Shown here: positions 9,636-18,590 of the stretch, one piece after another
How the letters are laid out: every line of letters begins with the position of its first letter
Numbering within the stretch: the stretch's first letter is position 1
IMG/VR virus record: IMGVR_UViG_3300012000_002192
Location: 1 to 64,000 of that record
From: an uncultured virus (IMG/VR IMGVR_UViG_3300012000_002192)
Taxonomy: Duplodnaviria > Heunggongvirae > Uroviricota > Caudoviricetes
DNA length: 64,000 bases
Strand: one strand, 5' to 3'
Translations under genes and position numbers: made by a program
Notes under the pieces: generated by a model
The model's input: the letters and a program-made list of their open reading frames with translations, nothing else
Databases searched by the model: none
What the model was told of the DNA's origin: nothing

Positions 9636-10247
9636 ATGGTTTGTATTAAAAAATTCGAAAAGTTTCAAAATGAATCTATATTAGTAATTGTAGATGTTCA
9701 AAAGTCATTTAAGAAGTTCTTTAGTGAAATGTATTTAAATGAGTTGAAAAAGTATTGTAATAACTTTACTGATGTTTATCAAATATTTGATAATCATGTC
9801 CATGGTAAGAATCCGGATAAAGATTATCTATATGACCATAATCCAGATGTCCCAGATCATAATGATATTTATAATTTCCCAAATCAAAAGGATATTATTG
9901 AAAAAAGATATAACTATGATGTTGATGTTGAATTTTATAAAAAGATTCTAAGTAAAGAAGTTTATCAACAGATTAAGTCTCAAGAAAAGACTCTAAGTAA
10001 AGGTCAGTATTTTCCAACAGAAGAAGGTACTATTATAGTATTCATTGGAAACAATCATCAGTGGTTTCAATGTCCCGTTAAATTGTATAACTTACTTCAA
10101 AAGTTAAAAGGTAAAGAAGTTACTATCGTAGGTGGTGCTGACTCCGAGTGCCTAGAAGATATTATTACAACAGCTGAATCTTTGGGTGTTAATATTAAAA
10201 GGGATTGGAAATATATCTACTCAGCTAGTCATTGCCCTATTAGCTAA
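9636..10247 (+). CDS. Isochorismatase/cysteine-hydrolase family protein
   Basis: LVIVDVQKSF, EK, IVGGADSECL (Asp-Lys-Cys triad). Confidence 0.7.
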   Translation: MVCIKKFEKFQNESILVIVDVQKSFKKFFSEMYLNELKKYCNNFTDVYQIFDNHVHGKNPDKDYLYDHNPDVPDHNDIYNFPNQKDIIEKRYNYDVDVEFYKKILSKEVYQQIKSQEKTLSKGQYFPTEEGTIIVFIGNNHQWFQCPVKLYNLLQKLKGKEVTIVGGADSECLEDIITTAESLGVNIKRDWKYIYSASHCPIS

Positions 10248-10330
10248 ACTTACCTATTTGTGCATAAACATCATAGTCAGCATCAACCACTAAAAGCGTT
10301 TTTTCTTTGTGATTTTCGTCTTTGCCAACT

Positions 10331-10711
10331 TCATATCTTTTGTTCTAATTTGTTGAACATAGACAAATGCTCTTCTGATCTGTCTATGTTTATCAATTCT
10401 AGTGGAAACGACTTAATTTTTTTACCCACTGATGAATCTATAATAACTCGGCCAAATAAATTAGAACCCGAAATGTATATTGAATCAAGTATACACATTT
10501 TGCCATCAAAATCTTGACTTATTGCCACTGGAATTAGAGGTTTTCTAATACCGACTTTTGTGAAATCTAGAAGATTTATTTCTCTACTGTTAAAACTAAA
10601 TCTACCACCTAGTTTGGTCCAGATTTGGTATAAATTACATTCACCTCTGCGTCCGTCGTTAACAAATTCTAAGGCGTCGACAAAGGCCTCAAATAACTTA
10701 AGTCTTTTCAT
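10331..10711 (-). CDS. Hypothetical protein (possibly frameshifted near the 3' end)
   Basis: ATG 10711 gives MKRLKLFEAF right after TAATATATA; see frameshift finding. Confidence 0.6.
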   Translation of the reverse strand: MKRLKLFEAFVDALEFVNDGRRGECNLYQIWTKLGGRFSFNSREINLLDFTKVGIRKPLIPVAISQDFDGKMCILDSIYISGSNLFGRVIIDSSVGKKIKSFPLELINIDRSEEHLSMFNKLEQKI

Positions 10712-10745
10712 ACTTAAGTATATATTATTCTTATATTTAAATAAT

Positions 10746-11399
10746 TTAGTTATTATATAAAATATCAATCACTTCTCTATCAATAGGTGCATATTCTGTG
10801 TTACTATTTGAATTTTGATAGAAAATGCTTTCTGGATATTTTTCTGAATCATTAAAAAATCCTAATGATTGTGTAAGTTCTTCTCGTAAAATACTTTTTT
10901 GTGAAATTGTATCATCACCGGACCCAACCATTTCAACATACATTACAGATCCAGACGAAGGATAAACTTCAAAATATCCCCAATTTCCTCTTAGATTTTC
11001 TTCTTGAATTTGTGGATATAAAGTTTTGAACCCTTCTTTTGAGCCTAAGAAAATAAATGTGTTTGCTTCACTACGATTTTTTACAATCTTGATTTCAATC
11101 GTATTAATAATTTCATTGAGGTCTTTCACAATTTTATCTAATTCATCCATCATGTATTGAGGACAAGATCCATGAACATAGATTTTAACGTCTCTTTTCC
11201 ATTTGAACGCTTTATTTACACCACCGTATTCATCACGAAGACATATTTCTTTATAGTAATCCAATGCTTCTTGTGAATGATGGCTGTCTATTGACACTAA
11301 ATCTGTTGACGTTGATTCGGTTTCTGATGGTCTTTTAGAAAAGTAGAAAGCGATTAATATGATTGATGTCAAAGCCAACCAGTTGATTATTTTTTTCAT
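10746..11399 (-). CDS. DUF2927-like exported protein
   Basis: N-terminal TM; KW, ILREELTQSLG..ND...ESIF, LY motifs. Confidence 0.6.
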   Translation of the reverse strand: MKKIINWLALTSIILIAFYFSKRPSETESTSTDLVSIDSHHSQEALDYYKEICLRDEYGGVNKAFKWKRDVKIYVHGSCPQYMMDELDKIVKDLNEIINTIEIKIVKNRSEANTFIFLGSKEGFKTLYPQIQEENLRGNWGYFEVYPSSGSVMYVEMVGSGDDTISQKSILREELTQSLGFFNDSEKYPESIFYQNSNSNTEYAPIDREVIDILYNN

Positions 11400-11475
11400 A
11401 TCTTTTTATTATTTATAATGATATTATTAAAAATCAACTAGTTTATATTAAACTTTAACTCGTTGGGTTCAAATA

Positions 11476-12117
11476 TTACTCAGCTGGAAGTTCTTCGGTT
11501 CCTTCTTCTTTAGACTGACCTTCTTCTTCTTTAGACTGACCTTCTTCTTTAGACTGACCTTCTTCTTTAGACTGACCTTCTTCTTCTTTAGACTGACCTT
11601 CTTCGGCATTTGGCTCTTCGAATTCTTTGTCTTCTGGCTTCACCTGTGATTGAGATTGGCTTTGAGCTTGACCTTGAGCTGGCTCTTCAGTCTTTTCAGG
11701 AGCCTCTTCAGTTTCAGGAGCCTCTTCAGTCTTTTCAGTAGCCTCTTCAGTTTCAGGAGCCTCTTCAGTCTTTTCAGTAGCCTCTTCAGTTTCAGGAGCC
11801 TCTTCAGTTGATTGAATTTGAACTTGGTCTTGCGACCCTCCCATTAAAATGTTCGATGGTATTTTTTCAATATCCAGATTGTTTAAGTTAATATACTTAA
11901 TGATTTCTTCTGCGATATCGACATCTCCGAAAAATTGTCTCAGGTTTTTTCCGGTTGTATCTTTTACCTTTTTAACATAAGCGTTAATCAAAGACTGTGG
12001 TATATCAACCATAGTCTTAACTTTGTAAATATCGTTAACTTGAAGAACGGATTCTTTAATAATCTCCTCTCTGTTTTTTTTGATACGATAACTTTCAAAT
12101 GTTCTAATGTGTTTCAT
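11476..12117 (-). CDS. Hypothetical protein with acidic tandem-repeat tail
   Basis: MKHIRTFESY start; TEEAPE/TEEATEK and EEGQSK repeats. Confidence 0.75.
   Translation of the reverse strand: MKHIRTFESYRIKKNREEIIKESVLQVNDIYKVKTMVDIPQSLINAYVKKVKDTTGKNLRQFFGDVDIAEEIIKYINLNNLDIEKIPSNILMGGSQDQVQIQSTEEAPETEEATEKTEEAPETEEATEKTEEAPETEEAPEKTEEPAQGQAQSQSQSQVKPEDKEFEEPNAEEGQSKEEEGQSKEEGQSKEEGQSKEEEGQSKEEGTEELPAE
11501..11604. repeat. Coding tandem repeat, 18/21-bp unit x5 (EEGQSK)
   Basis: ccttcttctttagactga repeated five times with optional extra ttc. Confidence 0.9.
11683..11808. repeat. Coding tandem repeat, alternating 18/21-bp units (TEEAPE/TEEATEK)
   Basis: gcctcttcagtttcagga and gcctcttcagtcttttcagta units. 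Confidence 0.9.
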
Positions 12118-12170
12118 TTTCTATTTGTAATTTTTTTTTATGTTTTATATATTAAATAAAAAAACCAATT

Positions 12171-12668
12171 TTATTTCAATGCAAAAAACAGAAAAGTAGT
12201 AGCTAAAACTCCAAGTATACCAGCCCCATAGGCTATATTTCTTTTCCTTTTAACGGTTTTTAGTTCATCTTTAAGTGTCAAGATTTGATCCTCTTTTAGT
12301 TTTATTTGAGAATCACAGTCGGCATTATTTGTTTCGCAATTGGAAATCTGTTGTTTTAAATTTTCAATTTGAGAATTTTTATCCACTATTTGACTCTTTA
12401 ACAGATCGGAACCTGAGTTAAGTAGTTTATTTTGGTTTTCAAGTTCATTAATGACTTTGATATATTTTAGGTTCAAACTATCACATTCTGTTCCTGCTTT
12501 TTCTAATAATTTGATAATTTCTAGGTTATTGTCTATTTTCTGAGCCTGTTCATAAGAAAAAATAACAATTTTTTTCCCAGTGGAGTCGGTCGATAATTTT
12601 GGGTAACCGTTTTGGCTAAAAGAGACAAAACTAATAAGTATTAAAACTATTGTAAATATCTTTCTCAT
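12171..12668 (-). CDS. Exported coiled-coil protein with C-terminal TM anchor (spanin-like candidate)
   Basis: Signal peptide ending SFS|Q, long coiled coil, C-terminal hydrophobic helix. Confidence 0.5.
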   Translation of the reverse strand: MRKIFTIVLILISFVSFSQNGYPKLSTDSTGKKIVIFSYEQAQKIDNNLEIIKLLEKAGTECDSLNLKYIKVINELENQNKLLNSGSDLLKSQIVDKNSQIENLKQQISNCETNNADCDSQIKLKEDQILTLKDELKTVKRKRNIAYGAGILGVLATTFLFFALK

Positions 12669-12669
12669 A

Positions 12670-13092
12670 TTATTTTAATTTTTCTTTTAATGATTCAATT
12701 AGATTATCCCCTTCCCTATTAATTGGATTTTTCTTTAAGTCTTCAACTCTTTTTCTAGTCTTTGTTAATTCAGTTTTCATATCACTGAGATCTTTTTTAG
12801 ATTGAGACAAATCGATTTTAGCTTGAGATAGTTGATATTCTATTGATTGTATTTTTGAATCCCTTTGGTCAATTTTATTTTGATAATCATTGAAATTATC
12901 TTTTAACATGATATTTACTTGATCCAATGAATCTCTACTTTTTTGGAGATTTTTATATTCCGTTTTGAGCCTTTTAAGTTCTCTTTTAGAAGCCGAATCA
13001 CTACCTTTGAGATACCACATTGAAAAGAAAACAATGCAAAACAGAAGTAATAATAAAATTAAACCGGTCTTTAAATCAATTTTTACAGACAT
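12670..13092 (-). CDS. N-anchored coiled-coil membrane protein (i-spanin-like candidate)
   Basis: Single N-terminal TM then about 100 aa of coiled coil; 1 bp from the next gene. Confidence 0.5.
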   Translation of the reverse strand: MSVKIDLKTGLILLLLLFCIVFFSMWYLKGSDSASKRELKRLKTEYKNLQKSRDSLDQVNIMLKDNFNDYQNKIDQRDSKIQSIEYQLSQAKIDLSQSKKDLSDMKTELTKTRKRVEDLKKNPINREGDNLIESLKEKLK

Positions 13093-13151
13093 AAAACTTT
13101 CTTTTTTTATTATATATAGAAAAAAGATTCTCTTTTTAAATAAAAATTTAT

Positions 13152-13694
13152 ATGAACTATAGACGACTGGTTTCTTTTGATTTCGATGATACTCTTTGCC
13201 TTACTCCAACGGAAGAAAGTGGGCGAAGAATATGGAGAGAAAAAATGATTACTCGATACCCGAATAATCCAGAAAAGTGGAACTGGCCATACACCGGTTG
13301 GTGGTCTAAGCCTGAAAGCCTGGATTTATCGGTGTTTGATATACCGGTAAATGAATGGGTTTATCAGAAATATCTAGAGGAAGTTTCAAAAGATTCTACT
13401 TATCTAATTATGGCGACTGGTAGAATTGAACCCTTAAGAAAACAAGTTCAGTTAATTTTAGACAGTCATAATTTGTCTTTTGATGAAATTTATCTTAACT
13501 TTGGGACAGATACGTTTTTATTTAAAACACGCCTTTTTGAAAACCTAATAGAAAGGATTAAACCCGAAATATTTGTGATGTATGACGATAGAGAGGCACA
13601 TTTGCCCAGGTTTGAAGAGTGGGCTTTATCTCAAAATTGCCAAGTTACTATTGTTGACGTGGTCTCTAAAATAACTAAAACTTTTAATAACTAA
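13152..13694 (+). CDS. HAD-superfamily phosphatase (Swiss-Army-Knife RNA-repair type)
   Basis: FDFDDTL, GWWS, MATGR, K, MYDDR. Confidence 0.75.
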   Translation: MNYRRLVSFDFDDTLCLTPTEESGRRIWREKMITRYPNNPEKWNWPYTGWWSKPESLDLSVFDIPVNEWVYQKYLEEVSKDSTYLIMATGRIEPLRKQVQLILDSHNLSFDEIYLNFGTDTFLFKTRLFENLIERIKPEIFVMYDDREAHLPRFEEWALSQNCQVTIVDVVSKITKTFNN

Positions 13695-13711
13695 AATATA
13701 TAAAAAAAAAC

Positions 13712-13996
13712 ATGGAAACGATCACAAAAAAGAAATCACAGAGTAAAGTAGACGAGATACTCTCTAAGCCTTATCGATTGGTTTTACACAATGATGACTA
13801 CAATACCTTTGACCATGTTATTAATTGTCTGGTAAAACACTGTGGACACGAATATGAACAGGCTAATCAATGTGCTCATATTGTACATTTTAAAGGTAAG
13901 TGCGACGTAAAATATGGAGACTTTGATACAATTTCAGAAATGAAGTCTAAATTAAGAAATAGTGGTCTTTCTGCGACTATGGAAGCTAATTCTTAA
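13712..13996 (+). CDS. clpS: Clp protease adaptor ClpS
   Basis: LVLHNDDYNTFDHVI...H..EQA.QCA.IVH.KGKC.VK.G. Confidence 0.9.
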   Translation: METITKKKSQSKVDEILSKPYRLVLHNDDYNTFDHVINCLVKHCGHEYEQANQCAHIVHFKGKCDVKYGDFDTISEMKSKLRNSGLSATMEANS

Positions 13997-16209
13997 TCCC
14001 TTTTAAACCAGTTATTTATATTTGGGTTACTCATAGATTTTTTTAATCTAATTGCATTTTTAGTCTCTATAAATGTTGAATAATCAACGCCTTCTACAAA
14101 GTCAATTTTTTTTAGAATTTCATTAATGTGGTCTAATTTTTCTCTATCTAAATTTTTTGATGCCCATTCATCCACGATTTCTCTAAACTCTGGTTTTTTG
14201 AACACCGAAGTTGAGTTGACTATCGTCATAACACAATCATCATGACCGTGATCTGCTGCATATCTTGTATTTCCAGCAGTGGTTGTGTGCTTGACAAAAG
14301 TTGTTATTTCTCTAATAGTGTCTTCGTTGTTTATATAAAATGATTTTGACAACATAAGGTCCTGATAGTCTTTGACTAAAATATTTTTATTCTCACCGAC
14401 TTTGAGACCTACTTTTTCTTCATTTGAATCAATTCTGTGTTTATATCTCATAAAAATTGAGGAACCGTAATCATTATTTCCTTCAAAGACGTGGGGCATT
14501 TCTGCAAGCAGCGTATTGCCATAGTTGTTTAACTCTAAAACAATTTTGACATTTTCTGGATTAAAAAATTCGAAGGCTAGTAGATAAAGAAGTTCTGCTA
14601 CTTGTTTTATTGAAATAATATTGCTTCGATAAATTCCAATTTGTTCTAATCTAAAAAAATCAACAATCGATTCGTATTTAGCCTTTTGAAGTTCTATTAA
14701 ATCCGTTGGTTTTACGCCAACTTTGAAAATGTTAATTACGGAGTAATCTTGACCTAGACCTTCGGCTAAGTCAACAGATATTACAATTTTGTAATCCTTT
14801 CTTTTTATTGGTAAATAAATTTCTTCATCATCTATCCATTTTAAGTCTGAATAATCAAACTTAATCCTCTCAAATTCAGCAATCTCCTCAAAAATATAAT
14901 TTTTCTTACTCCTCAATAGCTCATCGATAATGGATTCATTTAATAAGGATTTAGATTCGTTTATAAACCTTAGACCATATTCCTGATTAAAGGCGTCTTC
15001 GCCTCCAATATCCTTGATAGCTTCTTCTTTCCAGGTAGTGACTTCTGAAATTAACCTAATTGAAATTTCTCTGTTCTCGGTCTTTATCATAGTTGATTTT
15101 ACTTCGTCATCAGAGCAGTGCTCATTATTATAAACACAAATGATGTCTTTTTGTAAATCAGAATTCCAAATCATTTCTACTTTTGTTCGCATTTCAAATT
15201 TTTCCCTACATTGTTCTAACACATCTTCTTTCGTTAACTTGTTATCCCATAGTTTATGTGAATTTAATCTAATGTAGGTAACGAATCTTCCAGGAACTTG
15301 GTACCAATAAACCCGCATTGGTTTATAGTTGTTTTTTTGCGGATCACCTTCTGGTCTTTCAGCATCTGTAAGTAGCCTGTGAAATAGATTCATTCCATTT
15401 GGAGTTGATGTTATAATTATTTTTGAGTTCTGAACCGCCGCTGTAGTTGGAAAAGCCGCCGTGTAGTATGGTTCAATGATATTTGATGGAATATGGGCAA
15501 ACTCATCTAAATAGAGCACATCAATAGTAAAACCAATCGCTGGTGTTTTTGTTCTAGCTGAAGTTTTGATACGACAACCGTTTTCAAAAGTTAAAGATTT
15601 TTGATTCCAAGTTTTGACACCGGGTTTTAGAAAAAATGGCAGTAGTGAATAAATTGATTTTACTTTATCAACAATCTCGACAGCTGTGTCACCTTTGTTT
15701 GCAACTATCATAATGTTTTTGTCATTATCAAATAGTATTTTATGTAACATGAAAATTGCCGATGAGATTGTATTGTGTGAAAGTATGCCATTTGTGTAAA
15801 ATCTGTGGTTTTGATGATTAACGGTTGCGTCAAACATAGATGATTTAAAGTTATCCTGCTTTAAAGATATTACTCTTTGTAATCCTGACTCTGTTTGTAT
15901 TATGTCATTCACCACCAAATCTTTTACAAATACTTCATTATAGTCCTTATCAAAGACTATATGATTATCAGCACATGATAATTCATAACCATCTGTTTTA
16001 AGAACATAGTGCCTATATGGTTGGGTTATATGCAAATCTGTTAATTTTTCATATCCTGCATCAGTTCTAACTTTAAACCCGAAAACATTAATAGAATTTA
16101 GTATTTTTTTATTGATGTCATTTTCGTCTAGTGACGAATTTCTCAGTTCTACTCTTTCAATAAAAGTTATTAAAAACTTTATTATCCTTATTAAAACAGA
16201 TTTAATCAT
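13993..16209 (-). CDS. terL: Terminase large subunit, C-terminal fragment (C-intein plus ATPase remainder plus nuclease)
   Basis: After ...NGILSHN: TISSA, Walker B YLDEFAHI, ITSTPNG, nuclease SVDLAEGLGQDYS, ELNNYG, HDDCVM. Confidence 0.93.
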   Translation of the reverse strand: MIKSVLIRIIKFLITFIERVELRNSSLDENDINKKILNSINVFGFKVRTDAGYEKLTDLHITQPYRHYVLKTDGYELSCADNHIVFDKDYNEVFVKDLVVNDIIQTESGLQRVISLKQDNFKSSMFDATVNHQNHRFYTNGILSHNTISSAIFMLHKILFDNDKNIMIVANKGDTAVEIVDKVKSIYSLLPFFLKPGVKTWNQKSLTFENGCRIKTSARTKTPAIGFTIDVLYLDEFAHIPSNIIEPYYTAAFPTTAAVQNSKIIITSTPNGMNLFHRLLTDAERPEGDPQKNNYKPMRVYWYQVPGRFVTYIRLNSHKLWDNKLTKEDVLEQCREKFEMRTKVEMIWNSDLQKDIICVYNNEHCSDDEVKSTMIKTENREISIRLISEVTTWKEEAIKDIGGEDAFNQEYGLRFINESKSLLNESIIDELLRSKKNYIFEEIAEFERIKFDYSDLKWIDDEEIYLPIKRKDYKIVISVDLAEGLGQDYSVINIFKVGVKPTDLIELQKAKYESIVDFFRLEQIGIYRSNIISIKQVAELLYLLAFEFFNPENVKIVLELNNYGNTLLAEMPHVFEGNNDYGSSIFMRYKHRIDSNEEKVGLKVGENKNILVKDYQDLMLSKSFYINNEDTIREITTFVKHTTTAGNTRYAADHGHDDCVMTIVNSTSVFKKPEFREIVDEWASKNLDREKLDHINEILKKIDFVEGVDYSTFIETKNAIRLKKSMSNPNINNWFKRD
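15772..16209 (-). other. Split intein C-fragment (146 aa)
   Basis: KVRTDAGY, block B SCADNH, block F MFDATV, block G FYTNGILSHN followed by Thr+1. Confidence 0.9.
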
Positions 16210-16213
16210 ATTT

Positions 16214-16221
16214 TATATATA
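16214..16221. promoter_or_regulatory. Putative bidirectional late promoter TATATATA between terL-C and the endonuclease
   Basis: Palindromic octamer in the 16-bp gap; the same motif precedes many structural genes. Confidence 0.6.
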
Positions 16222-16225
16222 GATT

Positions 16226-17950
16226 ATGCTATCTTCTGAATACGCAACTATATATGTAAATAACTACAATCAAAAGAAAATAATAAACCAATTCGGTGAT
16301 AAATTGAGTGTCAAATCGAATCAAGAATTAAAAATACCTGTTAATATGCTACCAAATGGATCAGGATATAAAGTAAAACCTATATGTGATTTCTGTAAAA
16401 GTGTGTATGATACTGAATGGAGAAAATATTTAAAGATAGAAAATGATGGACAAAAACACTGTTGTAATTCAATAGATTGTATTAATTTAAAAAGAAAAGA
16501 AACTAATATTGAAAAGTGGGGAGTTGATAATCCAATGAAGTCTAAAAAGGTTAAAAAGATATTAGAAAATAAAATTTTAGAAAAGTGGGGAGTTGAGCAC
16601 TATTCCAAAACTGATGAGTTTAAGGAAAAAATTAAACAAACTACATTAGAAAAGTGGGGAGTCGATCATTATTCAAAAACCGGAGAATTTAAAACCAAGT
16701 TTAAAGAAAAAAGTTTAAGTAAATGGGGAGTAGATAATCCGTCAAAATCTGATGTTATTAAAGAAAAGATTAAAGAAGTCTCATTATATAAGTGGGGAGT
16801 TGATAATTATTCTAAAACTGAAGAATTCAAAGATAAAATTAAACAAACATCAATATATAAATGGGGAGTAGATAGCTATTCTAAAACTGAAGAATGTAAA
16901 GAAAGGGTAAGTTTAGATAATATAAAAAAGTGGGGAGTTGATAATTATAATAAATCAAACTTGAGTAAATTTGGTAAAAAAATATTTTCTGAGAATTTCA
17001 TAACTTATTTAAAAAATAAAACATCATTATACAAATGTGAAAAAGGCCATCAATTCGAAATATCATCTGATAATTATTTGAAAAGAAAGGAAATTAATCT
17101 ACCACTTTGTACTGTTTGTAATCCAATAAGCGATTCTCAATCAATTAAGGAAAATGGACTTTATGAGTATATAAAATCAATCTATAAGGGGGAAATTATA
17201 CAATCATACAGGGATGGTTTGGAAATAGATATTTATTTACCCCATTTGAATTTAGGATTTGAATTCAATGGTTTATATTGGCATTCAGATAAGTACAGAG
17301 ATAAGAGTTACCATTTAGATAAAACTAAATATTTTAGTGAAAGAGGAATCAGGATTATACATATCTGGGAAGACGATTGGGTGTTTAAAAACAAAATAAT
17401 AAAATCACAAATAAAAAATTGGATAGGATTAACTGATAAAAGAATACTTGCCAGAAAATGCTGCGTTAGAGAAATTGGAGATACAGTAGCAGTTACTAAA
17501 TTCTTAGAAGAAAACCACATACAAGGAAAGGCTGCTTCGTGTTTGAAATTAGGTCTTTATTATAATGATGAACTTGTGAGTTTAATGACTTTCGATCATT
17601 ACGAGGGGAGAAAAAAGATAAGCGGTTGGAACATAAATAGATTTTGCAATAGAATAGACCATAATATTATAGGAGGGGCAAGTAAATTATTTAAATATTT
17701 TTTAAATAATTATAATGTCGATCGGGTTATTAGTTATGCAGACCGTGACTGGTCCGAAGGCAATCTATATAAAAAATTAGGATTCAAAAAAGTTAGTTCA
17801 AGTGTTCCAGACTATAAATATATTTTTGAGGGTATTAGAGTTCATAAATCAAGATTTAGAAAATCAAAAACCGGTATAAGTGAAAATAAGTTAAATATTA
17901 AAAAAATATGGGATTGTGGTAAAATTAAATGGGAATTTATAGTTCAATAA
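16226..17950 (+). mobile_element. Free-standing homing endonuclease (Vsr/DUF559-like, Hef-type) inserted antisense within terL
   Basis: CxxC fingers, 7 KWGV repeats, EIDIYLP..NLGFEFNGLYWHS...IHIWEDDW, C-terminal ARKC..NHIQG..SYADRDWS..WDCG domain. Confidence 0.85.
16514..16955 (+). repeat. Seven 69-bp (23-aa) KWGV(D/E) repeats within the endonuclease
   Basis: aaRtggggagt at 16514, 16583, 16652, 16721, 16790, 16859, 16928. Confidence 0.9.
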
Positions 17951-18021
17951 ACTTATTACATCTCAATTCAGATACCCGTTTGTTTATTCGCAATATTATC
18001 ACCGATAGTAATAAGTATTGT

Positions 18022-18546
18022 TTAGAGATTTTCTAATCTGTATAGATAGTCATATAACTTAATCTTAATTTTTTCTAAAATTGTAAGCTTTCTTTCTTTG
18101 GAAATCATTGAATAATAGAGCTTTCCTATTCTAACATCATATTGGATATCATTTTTTTCAATCGATATTATTGTGTTAAAAGAAAAGCATTTTCCAACTT
18201 GCCGACTCGCCATTATTATATTAAATCGACTATTTACCAAATTATCAAGTATTTCATTTTGATAATCCCTGAGACTTATGTTACCAATTGAACCATCTTC
18301 TCTTTTCACTTTGCAGTATTTTTCTACAAAGTAGTGTATATCCAAAGCGCAATTTATATACTCCTGTTGTTCATCTTGTGTCATCTTAAATGCCACACCC
18401 GCTCTTCTTACACCCACTTCACTTTTTAGCCATGGATTTTGATATCTTTTAATGACAATACCATCATTAATCTTATCTGTCGATTCATTTACGACATTGG
18501 TGGTAAATATCATTTGCCTTTCTAATTCTTCACCTTGTTTTGCCAT
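18022..18546 (-). CDS. terL: Terminase large subunit, N-terminal fragment plus N-intein
   Basis: C..D..YF.EKY, adenine-binding LRDYQ, Walker A ASRQVGK immediately followed by CFSFNTII. Confidence 0.92.
   Translation of the reverse strand: MAKQGEELERQMIFTTNVVNESTDKINDGIVIKRYQNPWLKSEVGVRRAGVAFKMTQDEQQEYINCALDIHYFVEKYCKVKREDGSIGNISLRDYQNEILDNLVNSRFNIIMASRQVGKCFSFNTIISIEKNDIQYDVRIGKLYYSMISKERKLTILEKIKIKLYDYLYRLENL
18025..18189 (-). other. Split intein N-fragment (55 aa)
   Basis: Block A CFSFNTIISI...IGKLY, then a helical tail and stop. Confidence 0.85.
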
Positions 18547-18590
18547 CACGGAGACTTTATTTTTAATATATATTGTAAAAAACCGCCTTT

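Noticed and set aside
16514..16955. Regularly spaced aagtggggagt repeats resembling a CRISPR array
   Set aside because: The period is 69 bp in frame inside an ORF, the intervening segments are similar at protein level, and no cas genes are present
16210..18021. Group I intron explaining the terL interruption
   Set aside because: Almost no non-coding sequence is available for a ribozyme core, the inserted ORF is antisense, and intein motifs flank the break
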